Assembly: GCF_044704955.1 (NCBI RefSeq)
Contig: NC_091997.1
Span: 15,500,001 to 15,564,000, forward strand
From: Pristiophorus japonicus
Lineage: Eukaryota
DNA length: 64,000 nucleotides
Direction: 5' to 3'
Position numbers and translations under genes: made by a program. This document shows positions 12,955 through 25,321 of this stretch, piece by piece (position 1 is the stretch's first letter; every line of letters begins with the position of its first letter). The notes below the pieces were generated by a model, which did not search any database, was not told the DNA's origin, and saw only the letters and a list, made by a program, of their open reading frames with translations.

Positions 12955-13710
12955 AATATCTAAGAAGGCCAAGTTCAGTTACCAGTTTTAAGATGTATGA
13001 TGACCATGAATTTATGTAAGAATTCGGCGAAAACATTGACAGCAAAAGCATAAACTTTTGGACTTAAACTTTTGGACTTTAAGTTTTGAACATTGCTTTT
13101 AACTCAGCTGTTACTGCAGAAGGGCAGACAGCATGAAGTGAGATAGGTGTAAACATGTTCCACAGGAATACACATCAGGTGGGCAGGAATGGATCAATGG
13201 CTGAAATCACAGGAAAGATGGTTGATGGGGGTGGGAGCCTTTGTCATGTAATCAGTGAGAGATCAAGAAGATTGGTCGGTGCTCAAGACACAAAGGAAGC
13301 TTTTCAACCACCCAGACTTGGCCTACTCCTGCACCTATTTTCTATGTTTCTATGTTTCTATGTATCAATAAACATAGACCAAAGAGGCCAATAATCGAAG
13401 TCAATGGAATAGAAATCCAGCTGAGGTATAAAATGGGCTTCCGATTGGCTCTTGTCTGCTTTGTGTTACTGCCCAAGATCAATTTCACCCACAAAAACAT
13501 TGCAGAAGGTTTCTGCAACTCTTTTGCTGAAGTTATGGAGAACCACTTTGGAACTTTGTCCCCATTAATATTTAAAAAATGCACATTTCCATTAGCAGTT
13601 TGCGATTAACAAAATATAAAGCATATCTCAGCAAAACAGAAATGTCAGCCCTTACATGTCCACAGCTCTAAAATAAATGTTCGCATTTAAAGAAAGGATA
13701 AAAGTTTACA
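12955..13710 (+). pseudogene. Endogenous totivirus-like capsid (copy 2), central part, with a short CR1 tail inserted at 13319-13364
   Basis: In order: KMYDDH (12990-13007) ~ PMYHDGH; FHRNT ~ WHRRT; AFQPP (13299-13313) ~ QFRPP; NIAEGF...FGTL (13496-13558) ~ NCAEGY...FGSI. Confidence 0.6.
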
Positions 13711-13879
13711 TTTTGGTGGACTAGCACCTGAAACAGGCAGGCGCTTCAGGCACACAGCAGTAGGCCTCTTTGTAAATGGCACTGGCCGCATCGTTCGGGT
13801 TAACAGGGCGGTTAAGGTTACCCATCCTATTTTAGGGTCATTACCGTCCCATTAACGCTCGGTGATACAAGTTAAAATT

Positions 13880-14130
13880 GACTCCAATGTGTTTTTTTTG
13901 GTGATGTTGGTTGAAGGATCAATGTTAAGCAGGAAACTGGAAGATCTCTCCAGTCCATTTTTCAAATAGTGCCATGGAATCATTTAAATCCACCTGAGAG
14001 GGAAGATGGGGCCTCAGGTTAACATCTCATCCCAATGAAGGCTCCTCAAAAGTCTAGGTTATGGAGGTCCTGGAGTAAGGCTTGAACCCATGACCTTCTG
14101 ATTCAACAGTGACCATGCTACCAATGGAGA
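13880..14130 (-). mobile_element. Deu-domain SINE, decayed
   Basis: Reverse complement of the SINE at 14270-14712. Confidence 0.7.
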
Positions 14131-14269
14131 ACTATCTGGAGCTACAATATACAGAGGGAAAAATTAAAAAACCATTAAAAACCCGACTTCTAACTATTTA
14201 TACACAAAGATATTGTACGTACAATTCAAACAGTACAATATTTACTATAATTTACATTATTCAGTCATA

Positions 14270-14712
14270 AGGCTGTCAGCTGTGGCTCAGTGGGTAGCAC
14301 ATTTGTCTCTGAGTCAGAAGGTTTGTGGGTTCAAGACCCACTCCAGGAACTTGAGTACTTAAATCTAGGCTGGCACTCCAGTGCAGTGCTGAGGGAGCGC
14401 TGCACTATCGGACGTGCCATCTTTCGGATGAGACGTTAAACCGAGGTCCCCTTCTGCTCTTTCAGGTGGACGTAAAAAATCCCATGGCACTATTTCGCAG
14501 AAGAGCAGCGGAGTTATCCCAGTATCCTGGCCAATATTTATCCCTCAATCAACATAATAAAAACAGGTTATCGGATGTGCGCAAGTTGGCTGCCGCGTTG
14601 CCCACATTGCAACAGTGACTACATTTCAAAAGTACTTAATTGGCTGTAAAGCGCTTTGAGACGTCTGGTGGTCATGAAGGGTACTATATAAATGCAAGTC
14701 TTTCTTTCTTTA
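14270..14712 (+). mobile_element. Full-length tRNA-derived Deu-domain SINE (SacSINE1-like)
   Basis: A box tggctcagtgg and B box ggttcaagacc. Deu core cagtgcagtgctgagggagcgctgcact...ggatgagacgttaaaccgagg. L2-like tail tatataaatgcaagtctttctttc. Confidence 0.85.
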
Positions 14713-16357
14713 TAATATGTAACCGTTTTGCTGCTGCTGTCAGTGACCATCTTAGGCTTAAAAGGGTCTCCTTAGTTTTGGCACTTAAATGCAATTTCCT
14801 CTGTTTGCTATTTGTAAATTTGAGTATAAAGAATGACCCTGAAATTCCAGTGGGATTCTCCCAGTCCTGATTTAACTCCAACAGGAGACCAGCATAATCC
14901 CCAGGAAAATGATGTAGATGGCTGATTTTTCAGTTGCCTCCCTGGGGCATTCTGCTGGTCTCACCCTGTGAGCAAATCAATTTTCTTCCTCCTCTGCTGA
15001 CAGGGGTAATGGGGTGCTGGGGGGAGTGGGGTTGCCAGGGGGTGGGTGGGAGGGTGAAGCTGCAGGTGAATGGGTACTGACCGCCTTCCCATACTTTATC
15101 CAAATGGTTGTTCTTCATGTCTGATTGTGGACTAACTATTTTTTTCTTGAGAGTCATCACAGCTGAACCTAAAGTTCCCATAAGTGCACAAGAATCGGAA
15201 CCTTTGTTGCTTTTGCTCTTCCAAAGCCCAGGGATAGTGCAGCCAAGTATAGCGCTCCCATTACTGCTCCAGCTGAAATCAGCAAATGCAGCGCTGCCAG
15301 GAATCAGATCTGGCATTGTCCTGGTCAGTACGGATCAATAAGGCACCACACCGTTCATTTACACATTGAACTATCGAGGAGCTCCACAGTTAATCGTGTC
15401 ACGTTTTTATTTCATGTTATAAGGTTCCTGTGTCTCCTTTGTTCTGGCAATTATTAGCTTTTTGGCAAACTAATCTCTCTCTCTGCTTTTTATATATTCT
15501 GATATACATTAAAAACCCTCAAAATATGCACATATGTGTACTGCATGGCAACCAATAGAACATAAATTAATCAAAGACAGATGTCCACTCATTAAGAAAT
15601 GTTACTCATTTTAAAGTAGGCTTATTTCAAGTTTATCAAAGGTCCAAATATTTTGTTTATTATTCCCTCCTTGGAACAGAGTAGATACTCTGAAAATTAT
15701 TTTCAAATAAAAAATTCGTCCCATTTAAAGCAGCAGAGGAAGTGGGATTTATTGTAGCATTGCAGCTTGTAAGCTAACAGCTCTATTGCTACTTCAGCTG
15801 TTCTCTTCATAAATAAGTGACTGCTTTACTTGATAGGCAGTTAAAATGGAGGAAGGAGTTATAGATACACTGGGAGAAACTATCAATTTGGGTCAAGAAC
15901 TTAGGAATTTGTTGTGAGAAATTAAGAAAGCATAAAGCCTCAAAATACAGGCTGTTCATGAAATTTAGCAAACTTATCATAACAGAACAATTATCACAGT
16001 TTAATACCTTACCAAGTCAGAAATAAGTCTCTTTCCCCTACAACAAACCTATTGACAATCAAAGTATGCAAATTGGAAACTTCAGAGCCATAGGTTATAG
16101 AAAGCACAAGTAAGGCCGTTTCACTGACACTGAAGTTGTAGTGATTGTTCGAGAAGAGTTGACCAGGAGGTTCAGGCACATCTTGGCCCTCACCTTTCTC
16201 CAACCTGTCTGCACACAATCAAGCCCACAATTCAGTCACACTGAAGGTCAATGACCGAAATCAGTAGAACCTGATAGTAATAGCTGAAAACTGGTCTATG
16301 ATGTAGAGAAATCCACAGAACAAAAGTTGTTTTTTAGTCACCAGTTGTGAAAGACTA

Positions 16358-16487
16358 CGGGATATAAATTCATCTTGGAACAGTAGTGCAAAATCGGCGA
16401 TAGCGAGTTGTCAGCTCGAATTGCACTCCAGCTGGTGATTCACTGTCGTTCATTTTGCTCTACTGCCCAAAACAAGTTTCTCGCCCC
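16358..16487. mobile_element. Small MITE
   Basis: Imperfect TIRs cgggatataaatt / aagtttctcgcccc. Confidence 0.6.
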
Positions 16488-16774
16488 ATGACTGGTCAAA
16501 CACAGAGGACACGATATTCACAACACTAGAGGAAATCATCATTGAATTCTTTGGTCTGGAGAGTCATGAGTGGGTCACAGAAACGAATAGTAGATGGCTT
16601 CCTATCTGTGCCATGTGGTCCATTGCACCTTACCGAATAGGAAGTGGTATCTGTAATAAAAATTAGAGCATATCTTACAATCCATGACTGCTAACCTTAT
16701 GGACAACACTGCCTACCTTCCAGTACCAACACATGTATAACAGCCTAATCTATAGTACCCTCCTAATATCTGAA

Positions 16775-17126
16775 GGCTTGGATTTTGGATTTTTTGCCCT
16801 TTGCCTCTGTTTGGGGGCGGTAACCTTCCGAGACCGGGACATCCTGCACCCGGCCCCAAAGTCCCGCCCCCAACGCAGAATTGGGCCGTGCGCCCCTAAA
16901 AGGATACCTCGCGTAGCACTACCGCACAATAACGCCCCTCCCCTTCAATTACAGGGATTGGCTCGGGAGGGGGATGAGAGGTCAGTGCGCAGGGCAATTA
17001 TGTTATTTCTGGTTGCACGCTGGCCCAAGGCTCTAATCGCTGTCACAAAAGCACTCAATGAGCATGGAGGTTCTGGCATGTCCACTGGTTGGCTAGAGAA
17101 ACTTCAGATCTTTCAAAATCCAAGGT
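16775..17126. mobile_element. MITE
   Basis: TIRs ggcttggattttg / caaaatccaagg; GC-rich interior. Confidence 0.65.
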
Positions 17127-17587
17127 TTAAACGGAAAGGGGATTAAGTAAGTAAAGCAATAATTCCATCTTCAAAGTGAGAGTATTGGAACATGAGTACA
17201 ATATACACATTGTCATGGGCACCGTGCATGCCATCTTGGAAGGAGAGTCCTTAATGAGCAATAAAGACTTCTCTTAATTCATACTTTCTATTGAAGTAAT
17301 GATCTAATGGTTAGATTACATTTGGCATTACGTAAAAATAGGAGTTGCTGAGTGGAGGGGTATATTCAAAAATTGATGGCTGGTAATGAAACATCACAGA
17401 AGGACCTGTATAGAAAGTAATGAAAAATGAAAGCTATTGCCATAGTGTGATTTATTGACAGAGAAATTAATATTTGGTTTTACTGAGAGAAAGTAATTCA
17501 TGTTGCTGTACCACTCAGCTTATTAACAAAGAGTTTTGAAACAATTAGTCTTGAAACATTCCTCCTCTTTCTGGAACCACTCGGGAA

Positions 17588-20420
17588 ACTGAGGGAGAAA
17601 CTGATTAGTATTTATATAGCGCTTTAACGTAGTATAACATCCCAAGGCGCTTCACAGGAGTGCTATAAGACAACAAATTTGACACTGAGCAACATAAGCA
17701 CTTACTGCAGATAATCAAAAGCTTGGTCAAAGATGTAGTGTTTTAAGGAGTGTCTTGAAGGAGGAAAGAGACATACAGGAGAGGAGAGGTTTAGGGAGGG
17801 ATTTCCAGAGCTTAGGGCATAGGCAGCTGAAGGCACGGCCACCGATGGTTGAGTGATTATAAACAGGGATGCTCAAGAGGGCAGAATTTGAGGAGCGCAT
17901 ATATTTCGGGGGGGTTGTGAGGCTGAAGGAGATTACAGAGATAGGAAATCTGCAAATGTGACGCCCCTATTTAAAAAAGGAGGCAGACAAAAAGCAGGAA
18001 ACTATAGACCAGTTAGCCTAACATCTGTGGTTGGGAAAATGTTGGAGTCCATTATTAAGGAAGCAGTAGCAGGACATTTGGAAAAGAAAAATTCGGTCAG
18101 GCAGAGTCAGCATGAATTTATGAAGGGGAAGTCATGTTTGACAAATTTGCTGGAGTTCTTTGAGGATGTAACAAACAGGGTGGATAAAGGGGAACCAGTG
18201 GATGTGGTGTATTTGGACTTTCAGAAGGCATTTGACAAGGTGCCACTTGAAAGGTTACTGCACAAGATAAAAGTTCATAGGGTTGGGGGTAATATATTAG
18301 CATGGATAGAGGATTGGCTAACTAACAGAAAACAGAGAGTCGGGATAAATGGTTCATTCTCTGGTTGGCAACCAGTAACTAGTGGGGTGCCGCAGGGATC
18401 AGTGCTGGGACCCCAACTATTTACAATCTATAGTAAATACTTGGAAGAAGGGACTGAGTGTAACGTAGCCAAGTTTGCTGTTAATACAAAGATGGGAGGA
18501 AAAGCAATGAGTGAGGAGGACACAAACAATCTGCAAAAGGACATAGACAGGCTAAGTGAGTGGGCAAGAATTTGACAGATGGAGTATAATGTTGGAAAGT
18601 GTGAGGTCATGCACTTTGGCAGAAAAAAAATCAAAGAGCAAGTTATTATTTAAATGGAGAAAGATTGCAAAGTGCCGCAAAAGGGTAGTATGCAGGTACA
18701 GCCAATGGTATCAGGAAGGCCTTGGTATCTTAGCCTTTATTGCAAAGGGGATGGAGTATAAAAGCTGGGAAGTCTTACTACAGCTATATAAGGTATTGGT
18801 AAGGCCACACCTGGAATACTGCGTGCAGTTTTGGTTTCCATATTTACAAAAGGATATACTTGCTTTGGAGACAGTTCAGAGAAGGTTCACTAGGTTGATT
18901 CCGGGGATGGGGGTGGTTGACTTATGAAGAAAGGTTGAGTAGGTTGGGCCTCTACTCATTGGAATTCAGAAGAATGAGAGGTGATCTTATCGAAATATAT
19001 AAGATTATGAGGGGGCTTGACAAGGTGGATGCAGAGAGGATGTTTCCACTGATAGGGGAGACTAGAACTAGAGGGCATGATCTTAGAATAAGGGGCCGCC
19101 CATTTAAAACAGAGCTGAGGAGAAATTTCTTCTCTCAGAGGGTTGTAAATCTGTGGAATTCACTGCCTCAGAGAGCTGTGGAAGCTGGGACATTGAATAA
19201 ATTTAAGACAGAAATAGACAGTTTCTTAAGCGATAAGGGGATAAGGGGTTATGGGGAGTGGGCGGGGAAGTGGAGCTGAGTCCATGATCAGATCAGCCAT
19301 GATCTTATTGAATGGCAAAGCAGGCTTGAGGGACCATATGGCCTACTCCTGTTCCTATTTCTTATGTTCTTATAGGGAGCGAGAGAGGCCATGGAGTGAT
19401 TTGTAAACAAGGATGAGAATTTTGAAATCGAGGTGTTGTTTAACCAGGAGCCAAGGTAGGTCAGCAAGCACAGGGGGTGATGGGTGAATGGGATTTGGTG
19501 CGAGTTAGCACATGGGCTGCCGAGTTTTGGATGACCTCAAGTTTATGTAGGATAGAATGTGGGAGGCCAGCAAGGAGTGCGTTGGAGTAGTCAAGTCTAG
19601 AGGTAACAAAGACATGGATGAGGGTTTCAGCAGCAGATGAGCTAAGGCAAGGGCGAAGATGGGTGATGTTACAGTGGTGGAAATAGGCGGTCTTAGTTAT
19701 GCTGTGGATATGTGGTCAGAAGCCCATTTCAGGGTCAAATATGACAGTCTGGTTCAGCCTCAGACAGATGCTAATGAGAGGAATGGAGTTGGTGGTTAGG
19801 GAGCGGAGTTTGTGGCAGGGAACATAGACAATGGCTTTGGTCTTCCCAATATTTAATTGGAGAAAATTTCTGCTCATCCAGTGCTGGATGTCAAACAAGC
19901 AGTCTGACAATTTAGAGAGCGTGGCGGGGTCGAGAGAAGTGGTGGTGAGAGAGAGCTGGGTGTCGGCAGTGTACATGTGGAAATTGATGCCACGTTTTTG
20001 GATGATGTCGCCAAGGGGCAGCATATAGATGAGAAATAGGAGGGGACCAAGGATAGAGTCTTGGGGAACACCAGAAGTAATGATGTGGGAGTGGGAAGAG
20101 AAGCCATTGCAGGTAATTTTCTGGCTACGATTAGATAGATAAGAATGGGTCCAGTGAGTGCAGTCTCACCCAGCTGGACGATGGTGGAGAGGCATTGGAG
20201 GAGGATTGAGTGGTCAACCGTGTCAAAGGCTGCAGACAGGTCGAGGAGGACGAGGAGGAATAGTTTACCTTTGTCACAATCACAAGGGATGTCATTTGTG
20301 ACTTTGATGAGAGCCGTTTCGGTACTGTGGCAGGGACGGTAAACGGATTGAAGGGATTCCAACATGGAGTTCCGGGAAAGATGGGCACGGATTTGGGCGG
20401 CGACAACACATTCAAGGAAA
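17588..20420 (-). mobile_element. L2 LINE (3' half), interrupted by a CR1
   Basis: HSTETALIKVTND..LLVLLDLSAAFDTVDH and WMSRNFLQLNIGKTK; the 3'UTR lies at 17588-17945. Confidence 0.9.
17946..19372 (+). mobile_element. CR1 LINE 3' part nested in L2
   Basis: RT ORFs 17958-18575 and 18917-19279; tail ttcttatgttctta. Confidence 0.95.
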
Positions 20421-20477
20421 ACCAGCAAAAGATCCCTTCTTTTTCTGGGCAGCGGTAGGTCACGAAGAAAAGAGATT

Positions 20478-21208
20478 GGGGCTGGATTTTTGGTTGTCTA
20501 TAGCCTCAGTTAGCGGCCAGAGGGTCATTAATACGAGCATTAGAGCTTAGTGACCGGGCGCACAGCTTTTAGCACCCTGACGGAAAATGCATTAGCGGCT
20601 CACTGGGGACGCAAACCATTAGTGCCTGCCTACTGACGATCATTCCGATCATGACGTATTCCTGGTGTAATGCACACGTTTGTGCCCCGGTCGGTAAATT
20701 AGGTGCATGCGCCTCATTGAGCGCCCACCAATTAAAAACATCTGGAGAAACAGTGGCTACAGGCGTGCAGAGTCGTTAACTGGGAACTACTTAAAGGGAT
20801 GAGGAAGCGCTTCCCTCGGAGGTCACAGTCAGTGCAACGTTTACACACAGCACGGTGCGTGAGCCTCCGAGTTTGCAGCGGCAGACAGACATAACAGTAC
20901 AGGTTGGAAACAAGTGAGTTTGAAAACTTTAATGGGTGCATTATTTTGCCGTGCCTTTAAGAGTCGGCTTTTCCTGAAATCTGATTCGGAGATCCACATG
21001 TGCGCAATGGGTCCGCAAAATGTACCGACCAAACTTTTGTTATCGTCCCCCCAGCTTTGGTGTACAACAGTTGATTTATCGCTCCTGTCAGCTCTTCGAC
21101 CGATTCTGACAAATTTCTGGGTGAGAGGCGCAAACGTTTTCAAGGAGCTAAAGGTACCGCTCCGTCTGGATTAACGCCACAACAGAGGCGTGACCGAATT
21201 TCTCCCCC
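20478..21208. mobile_element. Harbinger-type non-autonomous element/MITE
   Basis: Termini ggggctggatttt / aatttctccccc; CpG-rich and non-coding. Confidence 0.55.
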
Positions 21209-21239
21209 AAGGTGCTGTCTGCCTGTGTCAGTGATTCAA

Positions 21240-22030
21240 ATAATGTTAAAAATCCCACAGCGCTATTTGAAGAAGAGCTTGGCCAATAAAGCTCCCACAA
21301 TCTTGGCTTGAGACAGTGAAGGATAACTGCTCTTCCTCCTCTTCATGCTCCTCCTCCTCATCCTGCTCCCTCCTCCTTCTCCTTCTCCTCCTCCCCCGAC
21401 TGCTGCTTCTCCTGCTGCCCTTCTTGTTGCCCAAGGGCTGGTCCCCCATGATGGCAAACAGCCACAAATCAGGTTACCTGCTCAGGACTGGGCTGCAAAG
21501 CTCCTCCAAAACAGTCCAGGCACAGAAGCATTGCTTGAGCACCCCGACTGTCTGCTCGATGAAGTTTATGATGGCAGTATGGTTCTCATTGTAGGCCACC
21601 TCTGCAGTTCTGCCCTGGTTTTTGACAGGAGGCATTAGCCAAGTCTGGAAGGGAAAGCCCGTGTTGCCCAACAGCCAGCCCATAACCTGATGGCCTGGTT
21701 GGAGTAAAGGTGGCACAGACGTTGTGCTGGATGATTGCATCATGACTGGTGCCAGGAAACCAGGCACAGACCTGTGTGATGCGCTGCCTGCGGTCATTAA
21801 CAAGCTGAATATTGAGGGTGTGGAATCCCTTTCTATGAAGATGCCAGGCTGGTGATGGGGAGCACGCAAGGCAATGTGGGTGCAGTCTGTGGCACCTTAC
21901 ACCCTGGGGAAGCCTGCAATGCTAGCGAAGCCAAGAGTTCTCTCGGTCTATTTCGCTCTGTCCATGGGGAAAGAGATGTAGGTGTTCCTTCTGGTGTAGA
22001 ACATTGTATTCCACTGAGGGTATGCACATG
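21240..22030 (-). mobile_element. PIF/Harbinger transposase remnant
   Basis: GWLLGNTGFPFQTWLMPP..YNENH..IEQTVGVLKQCF (HARBI1-like DDE_Tnp_4), followed by an acidic tail. Confidence 0.85.
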
Positions 22031-22351
22031 GGTGTTTGTAAAATGTTATGTTATTAAGTTTCCTTTTTAAATCAAATCGTGTAAAATGTTATTAATTTGC
22101 ACCACTTTCCTGTGTTGCTCATTCTTGCGTGTTGGGTGTCAACTCGTTCTTCAGTTGCCTGATGATGAATGGAAAGACATGAATTGATGGGGGCCGATTG
22201 GTGGAGTGCGATGGGTGGATGATTGGTTGCAGTACTTCTTTGTGTCAGTGGGGGGATGGAGGAGGAGGGGCCAGAGTAAGTGATAGTTACTTTGGTTCAA
22301 GGTGAGTGACGAACTGAACCTTAGAGCTATTAGCGAATCACTAGCTTCCTG

Positions 22352-22768
22352 AGCAGGGTGCGGTAGCATAGTGGTTATGTTACTGCCCTAGTAATCCATG
22401 GACTAATAATCAAGCGACATGAGTTCAAAATCCCACCATGGCAGCTGGGGAATTTAAATTCAATCTGGAATAAAAAGCTAGTATCAGTAATAGTGACCAT
22501 GAAACCACCAGATAGTCGTAAAAACCCATCTGGTTCACTAATGTCCTTTAAGGAAGGAAACCTGCTGTCCATACCTGATCTATCCTATATGTGACTCCAG
22601 ATCCACAGCAATGTGGTTGACCTATCAGCCCTCTGAAATGGTCCAGCAAGCCACTCAGTTGTATTCAAGAATATGGTTCACCACCTGCTTCTTGAGAACA
22701 ATTAGGAACGGGCAATAAATGCTGGCCTTGCCGGCGACACCTACATCCTGCGAATGAATTTTTTTAAA
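22352..22768 (+). mobile_element. tRNA-headed SINE sharing its 3' tail with the second CR1-group LINE
   Basis: A/B-box-like head. The tail gggcaataaatgctggccttgccggcgacacctacatcc matches the ends at 4500-4573 and 62680-62760. Confidence 0.75.
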
Positions 22769-22769
22769 G

Positions 22770-23292
22770 AAGCAATGTGAACAGCTGGTCTGGTGTTGGG
22801 TGCCTCACCTTCTTCTCCCTTCTCTCCATTGGAATCATCATCAGATGATGAGTGGTGAGCATCTTATTCCTCCTCCGCCTCTAGTCCTCGCTGCTGTGCT
22901 ATGTTGTGCAGAACACAGCACACAATGATTATTCTAGAGACCCTCGCTGGCGAGCACTGAAGGATGCCTCCTAATCTATCCAGGCACCTGAAGCCCATCT
23001 TGTGCATGCCAATGGCTTGCTCGTTGACACATTTGGTTGTCATCTGGCTGTCATTGTAGTGCTCTTGGTGGGGGGGGGGTTTCATCGATGGGGTTCCTCA
23101 GAGGTGTCATCAGCCAGTTTTGAAGGGGGTATCCTTTGTCACCTAACAGCCAACCCTCAAGGGTACTTCCACGTATGAACAAGTCGGGGATGTTGGACTG
23201 ATGGAGTGGGAAAGCATCATGGCTGCTCCCAGGGAATCTAGCGCAGACTAGCATGAACCTTTTTGTTGTGGTTGCAGACCAGCTGAACATGC
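22770..23292 (-). mobile_element. PIF/Harbinger transposase remnant
   Basis: CARFPGSSHDAF..GWLLGDKGYPLQNWLMTPLRNP..FRCLD..CCVLHNIA. Confidence 0.9.
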
Positions 23293-23757
23293 CACGCTAA
23301 CAAAAAAGAAAATCGCTCACGATACTCTGGAAAAAAACATTCCTGGGGTTACACGGCTACAATGAGCTTCACAAAAATGTACTTTCCAAACTGGCCAGGG
23401 TGGGGTGAATTGAGACAGGATCTGGCTCATGTAGGGTGAGGATAAACGCATCTTTTTGTACGGACAAAACTGCTTAAAATTGTGACTGTCAGCGAGCACA
23501 TCGAGCACCACAGTGATTTCCCCGAGGTGTGCAATCGCACAGAATATTGGCTGCCCTCTCAGGGTTTCGAAAGAAGCTGGTGTTGTGACTGCAGCCTAAT
23601 CTAAAAATTCATTCACTGTGCACTGCTGGGGCCAAAACTGTCCAGCATCCAATGACCTTTCAACTCTCTAGAATATTGATTTGGGGTTAATTGCTGATGT
23701 CCTTTAGCATTGATTCCATATGCACAGCTAGTGAGCAGGTCATTCTCCTGGTATACT

Positions 23758-24288
23758 CGGGGCATCGGTGGGGTCCTGGTAAAGCAGAGGAGTGGGAAGG
23801 CCATGGTGGAGGTGTGGCGAGGAATCGTGGCTGAGATTCGGTGGATGATCGGGGCGGAGGTTTGGTGAATGTTTAGTGTGAGGTGCGGTGGGAGATCATG
23901 GCGGAGATGCGGCGAGTGTTTTGTGGCGGAGGAGCGGCGAGAGATTGTGGCGAAGGTAAGGCAAATGAGGGTACGGGGCCCAGAAGAGCCGAGGATCCAG
24001 GGGCAGCATGGGCCTGCCCACACTGCGATATGTGCGCGCACTAGGTCTGTGCAGCAGAGCAGGTCTCCAGTCGTCCTGGTTAACCCTTGCCACTGGATAA
24101 AGGCCTAGCTCTGTCAAGCCCGTGTGGTGGCTGATGTGCAACGGTCACCACATATTAAAAAAATCCACACACAGGCATCTTCCACCCCTCGAGGTCAGGA
24201 CTGGAATATCGGGTCCTTCATTGAAACATCTGTGAACTCATGTGGGAGCAAGTCATCCTCGTTCAAGGGACCGCCTATGATGATGATA
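23758..24288 (+). mobile_element. RTE-derived non-autonomous retroelement (SINE-like)
   Basis: Three copies in the window (also 27110-27460 and 33476-33857 on minus). The 3' end gcaagtcatcctcg...gcctatgatgatgat matches the RTE end at 25270-25321. Confidence 0.85.
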
Positions 24289-25104
24289 GCATCACAGGAC
24301 TTGAGTCTGATTTCTTTGAATTTCTTTTGATTTCTGTTAACAAGCACTGATTGCTGCTGTGATAAGTGTACGTGTTATGGAATGCAGCTTTGCCCATGTT
24401 ACCACTGCTTTCTGTCTTGGCTGGAAAACAATGCTTGTTTGTAGAAGCATTGTGATCAAAGGCTTCTTCACATCACAACCAGCATCAAATCATTTGTCTA
24501 AAGATAGTTTTACCACGCAACACAGTGTGGTGATTCCCTGTATTGAACCTTGCAAAAAAGTATTGGCATAATATAGTGTTAAATACCAGAAGACAGTATG
24601 CAATCCGGAGCTCTCGGCCACTTGGCAAGAGCTTTTTTCCTCTAATAAAGATCCTGAAGCTGAACACACATGCAATCCATATGCAGGTTCATTGCCTGGC
24701 ATTCTGCCATTTCCCTTTGTGGCTTATTTTGAAGATCTTGTTCAAACACTGGTTAGTATGGTTTCCCACCTTGTTACCACCTGATACAGAGACCTTGTTT
24801 GAAAGGTAACACTGAATGCAGCAATAATTTTTCCTTCAGAAAGTATAGAAGATGTATAAAAAACGCAAATGTAAGAAGAATTTTGTCGCATTTAAGCTTT
24901 ACACTTGTCCCCTAAATGCTGTCTCTTGCTTGCACATCCGTACCTTCAGCCAGAATAGCAAGGAAGGTCTGGTTTCACAAACAACACTGTGGTCACTATC
25001 AATATCACTTCATTGTCAACTAACAGTAAGCATAATTGTGCAAGATGGAAGTGGTTCTGGCAATAATTGCAACTGATGTTGGTTAGCTAGTATAAGTACC
25101 TCGA

Positions 25105-25321
25105 GTCTCGTCACCGAGAGCATGCAGAAAACAAGCGCAGGCAGCGGAAGGAGCGTGCGGCAAACCAGTCCCATCCACCCCTTTCCTCCCACAACTGTCT
25201 GCCCCACCTGCGACAGAGACTGTAATTCCCGTATTGGACTGTACAGCCACGTGAGAACTTACTTTTGGAGTGGAAGCAAGTCTTCCTCGATTTCGACGGA
25301 CTGCCTATGATGATGATGATG
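25105..25321 (+). mobile_element. RTE LINE 3' end
   Basis: CPTCDRDCNSRIGLYSH zinc-finger-like end and a (TGA)n tail. Confidence 0.85.

Larger units (their letters stand above)
15395..17585 (+). pseudogene. Endogenous totivirus-like RNA-dependent RNA polymerase (copy 2), decayed, split by two MITEs
   Basis: Collinear with recalled L-A Pol: THF (15604); KKFVP ~ EKFVP; LLDRQLKWRKE (15826-58) ~ LMNR..SWQAE; KY(E)IGNFRAI (16062-92, one extra base) ~ KYEWGKQRAI; EELTRRF ~ DVLTHKF; LVYD (16291) ~ motif A FCFD; WVTE ~ WVCE; LLTLWTTLPTF ~ LLSGWRLTTF; GD*V (17138) ~ GDDV; SIFKVRVLEH ~ SISEFLRVEH; GTVHAILE ~ TLVHSRIE. The main frame rejoins across both MITEs. Confidence 0.7.

Noticed and set aside
16488-16780. 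Resemblance to Mononegavirales L protein (EFFGL, LWT..G)
   Set aside because: The G comes from the MITE terminus and no GDNQ follows. Totivirus motifs fit in order across the whole region.
24521-24560. V(D)J RSS-like CACAGTG plus an A-rich nonamer
   Set aside because: The nonamer is poor and off-spaced, and there is no adjacent Ig/TCR V or J segment.
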